A stretch of 64,000 nucleotides of DNA from an uncultured Oscillospiraceae bacterium (GTDB taxonomy: Bacteria; Bacillota; Clostridia; Oscillospirales; Oscillospiraceae): NCBI GenBank assembly GCA_947627285.1, contig CANQVL010000009.1, forward strand, positions 9-64,008. The letters run 5' to 3'. A model generated the notes under the pieces. It searched no databases. It was not told the origin of the DNA and saw nothing but the letters and a program-made list of their open reading frames with translations. Every line of letters starts with the position of its first letter. Position 1 is the stretch's first letter. Positions 45,731 through 55,372 of this stretch are shown one piece after another. A program made the position numbers and the translations under genes.

Positions 45731-46177
45731 TCAAAGCTCCCCCCGCTCGATGTCGGAGAGCAGTCCCACCCGGACGGAGTGGCGCCCGCCCTCAAAGGAG
45801 TTGGAAAGGAAGGTGTCAACTATCTTCAGCGCCAGCCCCGGCCCCACAACGTTTGCGCCCAGGGCGAGCATGTTGGCGTTGTTGTGCCGCCGCGTCATCT
45901 CCGCCGAGTAGCAGTCGGAGCACAGGGCGCACCGCACACCGTTCACCTTGTTTGCCGCCATGGATATGCCTATGCCCGTGGTGCATATGACGACCCCCAG
46001 CTCGCAATCCCCGCCCGCCACGGCGCGGGCGGCCTTCGCCGCGAAGACCGGGTAGTTGCAGCTGTCCTTTGAGTACGTCCCAAAGTCCACGCACTCGTGC
46101 CCCAGCGCGGCAAGGTGCGCCTTCACCGTCTGCATAAGGTCATATCCCCCGTGGTCACAGCCAAGCGCGATTTTCAT
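45731..46177 (-). CDS. rpiB: Ribose-5-phosphate isomerase B
   Basis: MKIALGCDHGG, CTTGIGISMAANK. Confidence 0.9.
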   Translation of the reverse strand: MKIALGCDHGGYDLMQTVKAHLAALGHECVDFGTYSKDSCNYPVFAAKAARAVAGGDCELGVVICTTGIGISMAANKVNGVRCALCSDCYSAEMTRRHNNANMLALGANVVGPGLALKIVDTFLSNSFEGGRHSVRVGLLSDIERGEL

Positions 46178-46191
46178 ATCTTCCCCACCCT

Positions 46192-47010
46192 TCAAAGCCT
46201 GACAAACTCAGGCTTGTGTTCTCTGTACAGGCATACGTACTTAAAGCCGCATTCCCTCAAAAGCCCGTATCCCGCGTCCACGTCCCGCCCCGCGTCAAAG
46301 CGCCGGTGGGAGTCGGAGCCCACGGTTATTATCTCCCCGCCGCACTCCCGGTAGAGCCTCACCACCGAGGGCTGCGGCAGAAAATCCTTTAGCGTGTCGT
46401 GTATGGCGGCGGTGTTCACCTCGATACCCACGCCCTTTTCCACGCAGGTCTTGAATAAAAGCCTCAGCCGCTCCTCGAATATCATCATGTCAAAGCCCTT
46501 GCCCTGCCTTGCCATGTACTTCTGCATGTACCCTATGTGCCCCAGCACGTCGCACATCCCCGAGCGGGCAAGCTCGATGTACTCGTCGATGTACTGCTCG
46601 GCGGCGGGGCGGAAGTTGTCAAAGTCCTCAGGGTAGCTGAGGAAATAAAAATCTCGCGCCTTCCTCAGATTGTGGACGGAGCCTATAACAAAGTCCAGCT
46701 CCGGTCGGGCGTATATCCTCCGTCCCTCCTCAGGAAGGTAGTGGGGCGCTCCAACCTCCGCGCCGAGCCGCACGTCCAGACGTCCGCCCATGGCATCCTT
46801 AACGGACACAAAGTCCCGCCAAAGCGCCTCCCAGTCCTCAAAGGGCGGGAACTGGTCTGGAAAATCCGGGTCCTGGGTGCAGTTTTCAACGTGGTTTGTC
46901 ACACATATATGTGTCATGCCCCTCTCCAGGGCACCCTCCGCCATGTCAAGCATGGTGTCCTGGGCGTCGGGGGAGTAGGGCTTACAGTGCATGTGGTAAT
47001 CGGCAAGCAT
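46192..47010 (-). CDS. PHP-domain histidinol-phosphatase family protein
   Basis: DYHMHC metal motif, VTNH, GHIGY. Confidence 0.8.
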   Translation of the reverse strand: MLADYHMHCKPYSPDAQDTMLDMAEGALERGMTHICVTNHVENCTQDPDFPDQFPPFEDWEALWRDFVSVKDAMGGRLDVRLGAEVGAPHYLPEEGRRIYARPELDFVIGSVHNLRKARDFYFLSYPEDFDNFRPAAEQYIDEYIELARSGMCDVLGHIGYMQKYMARQGKGFDMMIFEERLRLLFKTCVEKGVGIEVNTAAIHDTLKDFLPQPSVVRLYRECGGEIITVGSDSHRRFDAGRDVDAGYGLLRECGFKYVCLYREHKPEFVRL

Positions 47011-47069
47011 ACCGTTCCCTCCCAAAATTACTCAATTCGCGGCGGCGCGCCGCCCGCCTCATGATTATA

Positions 47070-47717
47070 TCAGCCCGCCGGCGGAAAATCAACAAGATCC
47101 GCAAAGTCCCGTATATACCTGTCCGCCGTTTTCCGAAGCTCCGCCTCCGCCGCGGAGTAGGATCTGTCCCATATCCCGCACGTTCCGAACCCGGCGTCGT
47201 GAGCCGTTTTCAGGGCGTGGGGCGCGTCCTCAAATACAAACGTCTCCGCCGGTTCAGCCCCCAGCCTTCGGGCGCACTCAAAAAATATGTCGGGCCTGTC
47301 CTTGCCCGAGCTGAACTCGGAGCAGGTGAGTATGAACCGCACCTTGTCCTCAAGCCCCAGCCGCCGTAGCACATATTCCACCAGCGGCCTCACCGTGTTG
47401 GTGGCGACGCACGCCGGGATCCCCGCCCTTTGGAGCCTGCCTAGATACTCAACAGCGCCCATCTTCGGCTCCACGCCGGCGTAGCCCTCCAGCACGTACC
47501 CGTTCACCTCGTCCCGAAGCTCCCCGGCGCCGGCGGGGATGCTGAGCCTCGCCTTGTAAAAATCTATCGCCGACTCCAGCGTCCTCGCCTTGTACTCGGC
47601 AAAAAGCTCCTCGTCCCTCACGGGGGAGTATTTAACGCAGAACCTCTCCCACGCCCCGTCCCAAACGGGCATGGAGTCGATGAGCGTCCCGTCCAGATCG
47701 AATATCGCCGCCTTCAT
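47070..47717 (-). CDS. HAD-superfamily hydrolase (beta-phosphoglucomutase-like subfamily IA)
   Basis: MKAAIFDLDGTLIDS motif I. Confidence 0.8.
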   Translation of the reverse strand: MKAAIFDLDGTLIDSMPVWDGAWERFCVKYSPVRDEELFAEYKARTLESAIDFYKARLSIPAGAGELRDEVNGYVLEGYAGVEPKMGAVEYLGRLQRAGIPACVATNTVRPLVEYVLRRLGLEDKVRFILTCSEFSSGKDRPDIFFECARRLGAEPAETFVFEDAPHALKTAHDAGFGTCGIWDRSYSAAEAELRKTADRYIRDFADLVDFPPAG

Positions 47718-48346
47718 TCCCTGCGCCTCCCGCTCTCCCACATTATAACGCACGTCCCCTCGTGTACCGTCACCCTCGCTGTCCGCCCCGTGAAGGAGTT
47801 GCTCACGCCCATGGGCTTTTCGTCCGTCAGGGTGTATCTGTCAAGCCCGTACAAAAGCCCCGTCTCGCTCACAACGCTCCTCCCTCCGTAGGCAAAGACC
47901 GACACCGTCCCGGCGTACTCCGGCGAAAACTCCAGCCCGCCGCGCGTCACCGCCGTGACGGTCCACTCAGGACCCGCAAGCTCCGCCCGGACGCCCCGCC
48001 GCGAGAGCATGACCAAAAGCTGTATATTGGCGAAGGTGTGGTCAAGCCTTCCGCCAAGCCCGCCGTACATTACTATCCTCTCCGCGCCCCGCTCCAGCGC
48101 CAGCCTCACCGCCAGCTCCATGTCCGTCTCGTCCTTCATTACGGGGTGTCGGATCACCTCCACCCCGCGCGGGAGCGCCCCGCCGTAGGAGTCAAAATCC
48201 CCCACGATAAGGTCCGGCGTCACTGAAAGCTCCTCCAGCACGGAAAGCCCCCCGTCGGCGGCGATGACAAACGCCCCCGGCTTAATCTCCGGCTTCATAT
48301 CCCCGTAATCCCCGGAGCCGAATACGTAAAAGCACCTCACAGGCAC
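47714..48346 (-). CDS. thiN: Thiamine diphosphokinase
   Basis: IAADGG...GDFDS...KDETD...GGRLDH. Confidence 0.85.
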   Translation of the reverse strand: MPVRCFYVFGSGDYGDMKPEIKPGAFVIAADGGLSVLEELSVTPDLIVGDFDSYGGALPRGVEVIRHPVMKDETDMELAVRLALERGAERIVMYGGLGGRLDHTFANIQLLVMLSRRGVRAELAGPEWTVTAVTRGGLEFSPEYAGTVSVFAYGGRSVVSETGLLYGLDRYTLTDEKPMGVSNSFTGRTARVTVHEGTCVIMWESGRRRE

Positions 48347-49023
48347 TTCTCCACCTCCCGCGCGGCTATTTCCCCGGAGAAGGAGTTGAAATGCACCCCG
48401 TCCACCGTGAGCTCCAGCCCCCGGCGGCGGGAGTATATATCCTTCGTAAAGGGGAAAAGCCCCATGGTTATTATGTCCGTAAGCCTGCGAAAGCCCGTCT
48501 TCCCAAAATCATAGTCAAGCCTCGCCCCAGGCGCCGCCCGAAGCTCCGCCCCATAGACGTCCGCGAATTTAAGCCCGTACTCCTCGGAGAGCCTCTTTAA
48601 AACCGCGTTTCGCTCCGCAAGCTTATCGAGCGGGTAGCCCCGAAGCTGCATGAGCGGCAGTCCCATGAGCACCGCCCTTTTCCCGTCGGAGATAAGCGTC
48701 TCAATGATCTCCCTGAGCACCAGCTCATATTCCGCCGTATCAGCCCACCTCTTCCAGCTACGCCGCCAGCCGAAAACCAGCCGCCAAACCGGTGCGGTGC
48801 CCATCAGGTAAGGCTGCAAAAGGTCGTTTGTCCCAATGCCCACCACGCAGGTGTCCACATCCCCGTACCAGGGCGTTTTCCTGTAGATACGCAGTCTCCT
48901 CAGCGCGCCGTGGGCGGTGTCCCCGTCCAGCCCGCCGTTTTTGCAAAGACCCTTTGGCATGAATTTTATGTACGACCTGCCCACAAGCCCCCTTGTAAGG
49001 CTGTCCCCAAGGCAGAGTATCAT
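48337..49023 (-). CDS. SGNH/GDSL-family hydrolase
   Basis: ILCLGDSLTRG block I, GTND block, DGVH block. Confidence 0.7.
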   Translation of the reverse strand: MILCLGDSLTRGLVGRSYIKFMPKGLCKNGGLDGDTAHGALRRLRIYRKTPWYGDVDTCVVGIGTNDLLQPYLMGTAPVWRLVFGWRRSWKRWADTAEYELVLREIIETLISDGKRAVLMGLPLMQLRGYPLDKLAERNAVLKRLSEEYGLKFADVYGAELRAAPGARLDYDFGKTGFRRLTDIITMGLFPFTKDIYSRRRGLELTVDGVHFNSFSGEIAAREVEKCL

Positions 49024-49177
49024 CGGCTTCACCTCGCTCAGATGAAAGTATATCATAATTTGCCCCTGTTGGCAAATTTTCAAAAATTTTTACAAAATAA
49101 ACAAAATCCCCTTTTCCTCAGAAAAAAATATGCTATAATATACCTATCAATTTTAAACGGAAAAGGAGATTTTACAT

Positions 49178-50266
49178 ATGAAACGTGTAGGCATACTCAC
49201 CAGCGGCGGCGACTGCCAGGCGCTCAACGCCACGATGCGCGGCGTAGCCAAGGGGCTTTACAGTCTCTACGGCTCCGACGGCGTGGAGATCATCGGCTTC
49301 CTTGAGGGCTACAAGGGCCTGATCTACGAGAAGTACCGCCGCATGACCCCCCGGGACTTCACTGGCCTTCTCACCGTCGGCGGCACCATCTTAGGCTCCT
49401 CCCGCACCCCCTTCAAGCTCATTCGCGAGCCCGACCGCAACGGTCTTGACAAGGTCAAGGCGATGAAGGACACCTACAAAAAGCTGAAGCTCGACTGCCT
49501 TGTGGTCCTGGGCGGCAACGGCAGCCAGAAGACCGCCAACCTCCTCTCCGAGGAGGGCCTGAACGTCATCGGCCTCCCCAAGACCATCGACAACGACCTT
49601 TGGGGCACCGACACCACCTTCGGCTTCCAGTCCGCCATCTCCACCGCCACCAACGTCATCGACTGCATCCACACCACCGCCGCCTCCCACAACCGCATCT
49701 TCATAGTCGAGGTCATGGGCCACAAGGTGGGCTGGCTCACCCTCAACGCCGGTATAGCCGGCGGCGCCGACATAATCCTCATCCCCGAGATACCCTACAA
49801 CGTCAAGTCCATAATCTCCAAGATCGAGGAGCGCGGCAAGACCGGTCACGACTTCACCATCCTCGCCGTCGCCGAGGGCGCCATCTCCAAGGAGCGGGCG
49901 GAGATGAAGAAGAAGGACCGCAAGGCGGCTCTTGCCGAGCTTGCCGCCAACTACCCCTCCGTCAGCTACGAGCTCGCCGCCCAGATAACCGAGGCCACCG
50001 GCAAGGACGTGCGCGTCACCGTCCCGGGCCACATGCAGCGCGGCGGTATGCCCGTGGCGTATGACCGCGTCCTCTCCTCGCGCCTGGGAGCTCAGGCGGC
50101 GCTGAACATCTCAAAGGACAAGTACGGGGACCTGGTTGCGATACAGAACCACAAGATAGTCTCCGTCCCCCTGAGCGAGATCGCCGGAAAGCTGAAAATG
50201 GTTGACCCCAACGACGACATCATCGCCGAGGCGCGTCTTCTTGGCATAAGCTTCGGCGACGAATGA
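49178..50266 (+). CDS. pfkA: ATP-dependent 6-phosphofructokinase
   Basis: GILTSGGDCQALN, GGNGS, PKTIDNDL, MGHKVG. Confidence 0.95.
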   Translation: MKRVGILTSGGDCQALNATMRGVAKGLYSLYGSDGVEIIGFLEGYKGLIYEKYRRMTPRDFTGLLTVGGTILGSSRTPFKLIREPDRNGLDKVKAMKDTYKKLKLDCLVVLGGNGSQKTANLLSEEGLNVIGLPKTIDNDLWGTDTTFGFQSAISTATNVIDCIHTTAASHNRIFIVEVMGHKVGWLTLNAGIAGGADIILIPEIPYNVKSIISKIEERGKTGHDFTILAVAEGAISKERAEMKKKDRKAALAELAANYPSVSYELAAQITEATGKDVRVTVPGHMQRGGMPVAYDRVLSSRLGAQAALNISKDKYGDLVAIQNHKIVSVPLSEIAGKLKMVDPNDDIIAEARLLGISFGDE

Positions 50267-50287
50267 GTAAAACAGCTTGACCCAAAT

Positions 50288-50316
50288 AAAAAACGTCGGT
50301 ATCCCCGGCGTTTTTT
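50288..50316. terminator. Bidirectional terminator between pfkA and the MATE gene
   Basis: AAAAAACGTCGG-TATCC-CCGGCGTTTTTT. Confidence 0.7.
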
Positions 50317-50335
50317 ATTTTGCGCAAAAGGGCTG

Positions 50336-51724
50336 TCATACGACCTCCGCCGCCTCCTCGCCTCGCGGCTGCCGCACGTGGGCGTACATCTTCTTTCTCG
50401 ACAAAAAGCACGCCGTGGCGATGACCGCCGCCGTGATGGAAAGGCTCACGGGATAGACCATCATCAGCGTCCCGAAGGTGGGGTTTGCCGGGAAGACCAC
50501 GAACACCCAGAAAAATCTGCTCCCGCATACGAACACCAGCGAGCAGAGCGCCGGGACAAGGCTGTACCCGAAGCCCCTCATGTACCCCGACAGCACCTCC
50601 ACCGCCAGTGAGAAGGTGTGCCCGATGAACATATACCTTATGCGTATGAGCCCGTTTTCAATAACGGCGGGGTCCGAGTTGAATATCCTGAGCAGGGGCG
50701 TGGCAAAGATGAGCAGAAGCGCCACCGCCGCGCCGAAAAATATGTAGCCCACAAGGAGCGTGACCCTAAGCGACCGGCGGCACCTGTCCAGGTCCCCAGC
50801 GCCGCAGTTTTGCCCCACAAAGGTGGTTATCGCCTGCCCGAAGGCGCTGAGCACCGAGTAGGTGAAGCTCTCCACGTAGTTTGCCGCCGAGGACCCGGCC
50901 ATAACTACCGTCCCCAGGGAGTTCAGCGCCCGCTGGATGGTTATGTTGGCTATGGAGAACACCATTGACTGCACCCCGGCGGGGAGCCCCACCTGGATTA
51001 TCCGCCTCAGGGTGAACCAATCGACCCTCATGTATTTAAGCTCCACCTTCACCTGCCCCTGCCCGCGAATGAGGAGCCACAGCAGTACGGCGGAGCTCAC
51101 AAGGTTGGAGACCACCGTGGCTATGGCGACGCCGTCCACCGTCATGTGGAGCCCCACCACAAAGAGCAGATTGAGCGCCACGTTGACGACGCCGGAGATA
51201 AAGAGCACTATAAGCGGCGTCTTCGTGTCCCCCTGCGCCCTGAATACCGCGGAGAGGAAGTTGTAGAGCAGTATCACCGGCATACCCATGAGGTATATCC
51301 GCAGATACAGCACCGCCATGTCGTGTACGTCCTCCGGCACATCCATCACCGTGACCACCGGCGAGGATATGAACCACCCCAGCGCCGCCAGCGCCACGCC
51401 GCCAACGACGCCCAGTATAATTGAGGTGTGTACGGTCTTTCTCACGCCGCCCTCGTTCCCCGCGCCTATGTATTGGGAGACAAGCACGTTCGTCCCCAGC
51501 GACAGCCCGATGAACAGATTCACCAAAAGCCCGATTATCGGCCCGTTGCTCCCCACAGCCGCCTGAGCCGCGTTGCCCACGAACCTGCCCACCACCGCCA
51601 CGTCCGCGGCGTTGAATACCTGCTGGAGTATGCTCGTCGCCGCCAGCGGCAGAGCGAAAAGAAGTATCTTGTCCCAAATGGACCCGGAGAGCATACCGGA
51701 TCTGCGTTCACTTGCTGATTTCAT
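50336..51724 (-). CDS. MATE family efflux transporter
   Basis: 12-TM MATE-like sequence. Confidence 0.85.
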   Translation of the reverse strand: MKSASERRSGMLSGSIWDKILLFALPLAATSILQQVFNAADVAVVGRFVGNAAQAAVGSNGPIIGLLVNLFIGLSLGTNVLVSQYIGAGNEGGVRKTVHTSIILGVVGGVALAALGWFISSPVVTVMDVPEDVHDMAVLYLRIYLMGMPVILLYNFLSAVFRAQGDTKTPLIVLFISGVVNVALNLLFVVGLHMTVDGVAIATVVSNLVSSAVLLWLLIRGQGQVKVELKYMRVDWFTLRRIIQVGLPAGVQSMVFSIANITIQRALNSLGTVVMAGSSAANYVESFTYSVLSAFGQAITTFVGQNCGAGDLDRCRRSLRVTLLVGYIFFGAAVALLLIFATPLLRIFNSDPAVIENGLIRIRYMFIGHTFSLAVEVLSGYMRGFGYSLVPALCSLVFVCGSRFFWVFVVFPANPTFGTLMMVYPVSLSITAAVIATACFLSRKKMYAHVRQPRGEEAAEVV

Positions 51725-51762
51725 TCCCTGTAAGACCGTTCCTTTCTCACCGTTGAGAAGCC

Positions 51763-52911
51763 TTATTTCAAAAACGGCAGAGCCGTCACGTCCTCCGGCA
51801 CCTCCGCCAGATACATCTGGCAGTAGCCTGACACGTTGGAGTTATAGAGTATCCTCCGCCCGTCCTCGGTGAACCTGGGGTGGGGGTGGTGCGAGCCGTA
51901 AAAGAAGCTCCCGTCGTGCATACACAGCACCCTCGCCGGGTCAAAGTCCGTCCCGTTGAACCTGTATAGCTTGATGGTGTTGCCGGAGTCGGATACTATC
52001 AGCTCAAAACCGTTGGAGTGGATGTGGTCGGGGGAGGGCAGCGGCACGCACTCCGCCTCCCGCTCCTCCGTCCCGTCGTACCTGACGGCGCCGAACCAGC
52101 TCCTTCCCAGCTCCCGCCGGTGTACCTGATAGCCTATGTGCTCCCCGTCCAGGTGCCAGTATTCGTGCCCCACCATCTCACCGGGCGCCCGGCGCTCGCG
52201 CACCCTTTTCGGAGCTCCGCCGGCGGTGTCCATCACCCATATCCTGTGGTCCACCAGGTTCCATGGCCCCTCATGGCAGAAGCTCAGAAGGTCCGCCCGC
52301 TTTGGCGAGGGGTTCACGTGCCCCACCCAGTTGTTCTCCTGCCAAATGACCTCCCCGCCGCCCTTTTCGGTGTCCACCCGGACTATCCTGCTGTCCGGGT
52401 GGGCGTTAAAGGTCTCCTCCATGCCTATGTAGCCCGCCGACAAATCGGCGTATACCCTGCTTGAAAGGTCCTCGCCCACAACGCCGTAGACGTACCTGCC
52501 GTCCGCCCCCACAAGTCCCCCGTGGAGGTTGAAGCCCTCGGGCGCGCGGTACAAAAGCCGCGTTCTCAGCGTCTCAAGCTCCAGGGCGTAGAGCCTGTTT
52601 TCAAGAGTGTAGTAGACCTCCGGGCGCGCGGGATTCACGTCATTGGGGAAATTGGGCACAGCCTTTGCCCGGGGCTGAAAGTCCGTGAGCCGGCTTATCT
52701 CCCCGCTTTCTATCTCCACGGAAAAGAGGTTGGAGGCGTTTTCCCTGTCTCCCCTGAAAAGGAGCCTCCGCCCGCCGTCCCACCAGCCGTTGTTGGTGAA
52801 GTAGGCGTGGCAGCTGTGGGCGAGGTACCCCGTCAGCTGGGTTATCCTCACCCCCGTTACCCGGTCGTATTTTACACATTTTTCACTGGGATAGACCTGA
52901 TAGCTCTTCAT
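51763..52911 (-). CDS. ogl: Oligogalacturonate lyase family (PL22) protein
   Basis: FCHEGPWNLVDHRIWV and HHPHPRF...ILYNS motifs typical of Ogl. Confidence 0.75.
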   Translation of the reverse strand: MKSYQVYPSEKCVKYDRVTGVRITQLTGYLAHSCHAYFTNNGWWDGGRRLLFRGDRENASNLFSVEIESGEISRLTDFQPRAKAVPNFPNDVNPARPEVYYTLENRLYALELETLRTRLLYRAPEGFNLHGGLVGADGRYVYGVVGEDLSSRVYADLSAGYIGMEETFNAHPDSRIVRVDTEKGGGEVIWQENNWVGHVNPSPKRADLLSFCHEGPWNLVDHRIWVMDTAGGAPKRVRERRAPGEMVGHEYWHLDGEHIGYQVHRRELGRSWFGAVRYDGTEEREAECVPLPSPDHIHSNGFELIVSDSGNTIKLYRFNGTDFDPARVLCMHDGSFFYGSHHPHPRFTEDGRRILYNSNVSGYCQMYLAEVPEDVTALPFLK

Positions 52912-52931
52912 TCCCGACGCTCCTTTTTAAA

Positions 52932-53660
52932 TCAGTCATGCCTCGTATCATCTGTAAAGCACTCGCAGAACCTGGCGGAAAAGGAGGGCTCCACGCCCCT
53001 GGCGTACAGGTGCGATACGTCCCCGTACCCCCAGGCGCGGAAGGAGGCGACGCCCTCCCTGCGCTCCTCGGTGAGTAAAGTGGTCACAGAGGACGGCGCC
53101 GCGCAAAGCCCGTGCCAAAGCACCATGGGCGAGCAGGAGATGAGATGGCTCAGCAGTACGCACCCCACGCCGAAGTGACAAAAAAGCGCCAGCATGTCGT
53201 GATTCGGGCGAACAGCCCTGTAAAATCGCCCCTCCCGGACGTACCCGTGCTCCTCCAGAAGCCCGTCCAGCCCCCGGCAAACACGCTCATATTCCTCCCT
53301 GACGCCGCCCTCGCGCATGACCGCGCTCTCCAGCCACCCGTCGGCGCTGTATAAAAGCCCGTCGCCCGACATATCCTCCGGCAGCCAGTCCCAGCAAATG
53401 TGCCGCTTCTCCGTATCGTCCGGCCTCCATATCTGCGGGTCAAACTCCCGGAGCCACGAAAGCACCTCCGCCTCCCGCCCGAGCCTTCGGAGCGTAACGG
53501 ACGCCGTGTCCCGCGCCCTTCCCAGAGGCGAGACATAGAAGAAGTCGATCTTCTCCTTTTCCAGCCTGTCCGCCAGACACTCCGCCTCCACCCACCCGGC
53601 ATCAGTCAGCGAGTCCTTCTCATAGTCCGGGTCAGCGTGGCGAATAAGAAGTATCCTCAT
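52932..53660 (-). CDS. Histidine phosphatase (phosphoglycerate mutase-like) family protein
   Basis: MRILLIRHADP catalytic RH motif. Confidence 0.8.
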   Translation of the reverse strand: MRILLIRHADPDYEKDSLTDAGWVEAECLADRLEKEKIDFFYVSPLGRARDTASVTLRRLGREAEVLSWLREFDPQIWRPDDTEKRHICWDWLPEDMSGDGLLYSADGWLESAVMREGGVREEYERVCRGLDGLLEEHGYVREGRFYRAVRPNHDMLALFCHFGVGCVLLSHLISCSPMVLWHGLCAAPSSVTTLLTEERREGVASFRAWGYGDVSHLYARGVEPSFSARFCECFTDDTRHD

Positions 53661-53774
53661 ATATCCTCACCCCTTCAAGCCGCTGATTTCGATTATACTC
53701 CATTGATCTCAAAAAATCCCCTGATTTTTCGACGAAAATCAAAATAATTTTTAAAAAGTGTTATATAATCTGCC

Positions 53775-54136
53775 AGCCCAGCGCCCAAAGGCGCAGCCGA
53801 GGGCGCGTAAACAGAAGCAGGTCGTAAAAAAACAGACGCGGCAGCACACGCAGTGTAGAAGCAGCACTAAAACATCCCGCCCGACAACCGCCCACAAAGC
53901 GCGGCGCAATTGAAGTGCAGGGCGTCCCAACACCCGACCACGTTAAGCGGCTAAGCGATTTCGGAGACTGTGCAATTCAGTTTTGGGAACCCGCGCGTCG
54001 TCCCTTCTGCCCATGCCCAAAACCTTCACCCCGCGTGAGCCGACCCGCCGACAAAAACCACACAACGCAAAAGCTTCTGCCCATCCCAATCGAGGAACCA
54101 GGGAGGGATGACATCATCCCTCCCTGGTCGTTTTTC
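53775..54136 (+). ncRNA. Candidate C/A-rich non-coding transcript (hypothetical; boundaries inferred from promoter-like and terminator-like signals)
   Basis: Extended -10-like GTGTTATATAAT at 53758-53769. Strong + strand terminator CCAGGGAGGGATG-ACAT-CATCCCTCCCTGG + TCGTTTTT at 54098-54135. No credible ORF between them. Confidence 0.25.
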
Positions 54137-54282
54137 TCCTCTTTGCTACTTTCTCCTCTTTTGGCGAAACCAAAAGAGGAGAAAGTAAATCCCCCGCCCC
54201 ATAAGGGCGGATACCTTACAAAGAGCCCGGCGGCTCCGGAGCGCCCGCGCCTATTAAAGGCGCGGCCCTTTAGGTTATAACC

Positions 54283-55368
54283 TTATTGCTTCAATGCTTC
54301 CAGCATATCCCATACGCCAAGCATATACTCCACCCCCAGCGCCCTGTCGTAGAGCCCATACCCAGGCCGGACTGTGCCGGGGCCCTCGTCCCAGAGGTGC
54401 CGGCCGTGGTCGGGGCGGATGTAGCCCTCAAAGCCGCAGTCGTGGTACGCCTTCAAAATCTCAAGTATACCCGTATCCCCGCAGCAGTCCCTGTGGGCCG
54501 CCTCGGAGAAATCTCCGTTTTCAAAGTGCTTTACGTTCCTTATGTGCGCGAAGGCTATCCTGTCGCAGTGCTTGCGGACGATGTCGGCAACGTTGTTTTC
54601 AGGGTTCGCGTTGAGACTGCCGGAGCAGAGCGTCAGGCAGTTCATGGGGTCGTCCACCATCTTGAGGAACCTGTCGATAGAGGGCGCGTCCACCAACAGA
54701 CGCGGAAGGCCGAAGATGTCCCAGGGGGGATCGTCCATGTGTACCGCCATCTTTATCCCGCACTCCCTGCACGCGGGCATTATCGCCTCCAGGAAGTATT
54801 TGAAGTTCTCCCAGAGCTTCTCTTTTGTCACCGGCGCGTAGGCCTTGAAAAGCTCGTCAAGCTTCGCCATTCTCTCCGGCTCCCAGCCGGGGAAGGTCAT
54901 GTTGTATTTCTCGGTGAAGGACATGATGTAATCCGCCATGGCCTTGTAGTCGCTTTGGATCATGTCCTTTTTGTAGTATAGGGCGGTGGAGCCGTCGGGT
55001 AGCTTGTGGAAAAGGTCCGTGCGGGTCCAGTCAAAGACCGGCATGAAGTTGTAGCATATCACCTTCACCCCAAAGGGGGCGAGGTTGCGTATGGTCTGAA
55101 TGTAGTTTTCAATGTACTTGTCCCTCGTGGGGAGCCCTATCTTTATGTCGTCGTGGACGTTTACCGACTCCACCACCTCGGCGTTGAAGCCGTGTGCCTT
55201 TATCCGGTCCACGACCCTCTTTATCTCCTCCGTCTGCCATATCTCGCCGGGGAGCTTGTCGTGAAGCGCCCAGACTATGGTGGATATTCCCGGTATCTGC
55301 CTTATGTGGTCCAGGGTTATCTTGTCGTTCCCCTCGCCGTACCACCGCCAGCTCATCTGCATGGGCAT
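54283..55368 (-). CDS. uxuA: Mannonate dehydratase
   Basis: MQMSWRWYGEGNDKITLDHIRQIPG start and overall UxuA similarity. Confidence 0.9.
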   Translation of the reverse strand: MPMQMSWRWYGEGNDKITLDHIRQIPGISTIVWALHDKLPGEIWQTEEIKRVVDRIKAHGFNAEVVESVNVHDDIKIGLPTRDKYIENYIQTIRNLAPFGVKVICYNFMPVFDWTRTDLFHKLPDGSTALYYKKDMIQSDYKAMADYIMSFTEKYNMTFPGWEPERMAKLDELFKAYAPVTKEKLWENFKYFLEAIMPACRECGIKMAVHMDDPPWDIFGLPRLLVDAPSIDRFLKMVDDPMNCLTLCSGSLNANPENNVADIVRKHCDRIAFAHIRNVKHFENGDFSEAAHRDCCGDTGILEILKAYHDCGFEGYIRPDHGRHLWDEGPGTVRPGYGLYDRALGVEYMLGVWDMLEALKQ

Positions 55369-55372
55369 GATA

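Noticed and set aside
53915-54280. 121-aa ORF in the uxuA-distal spacer (and the 60-aa ORF at 53751-53933).
   Set aside because: Pro/Arg/Lys-rich translation that reads straight through three strong hairpins, with no RBS. Treated as non-coding.
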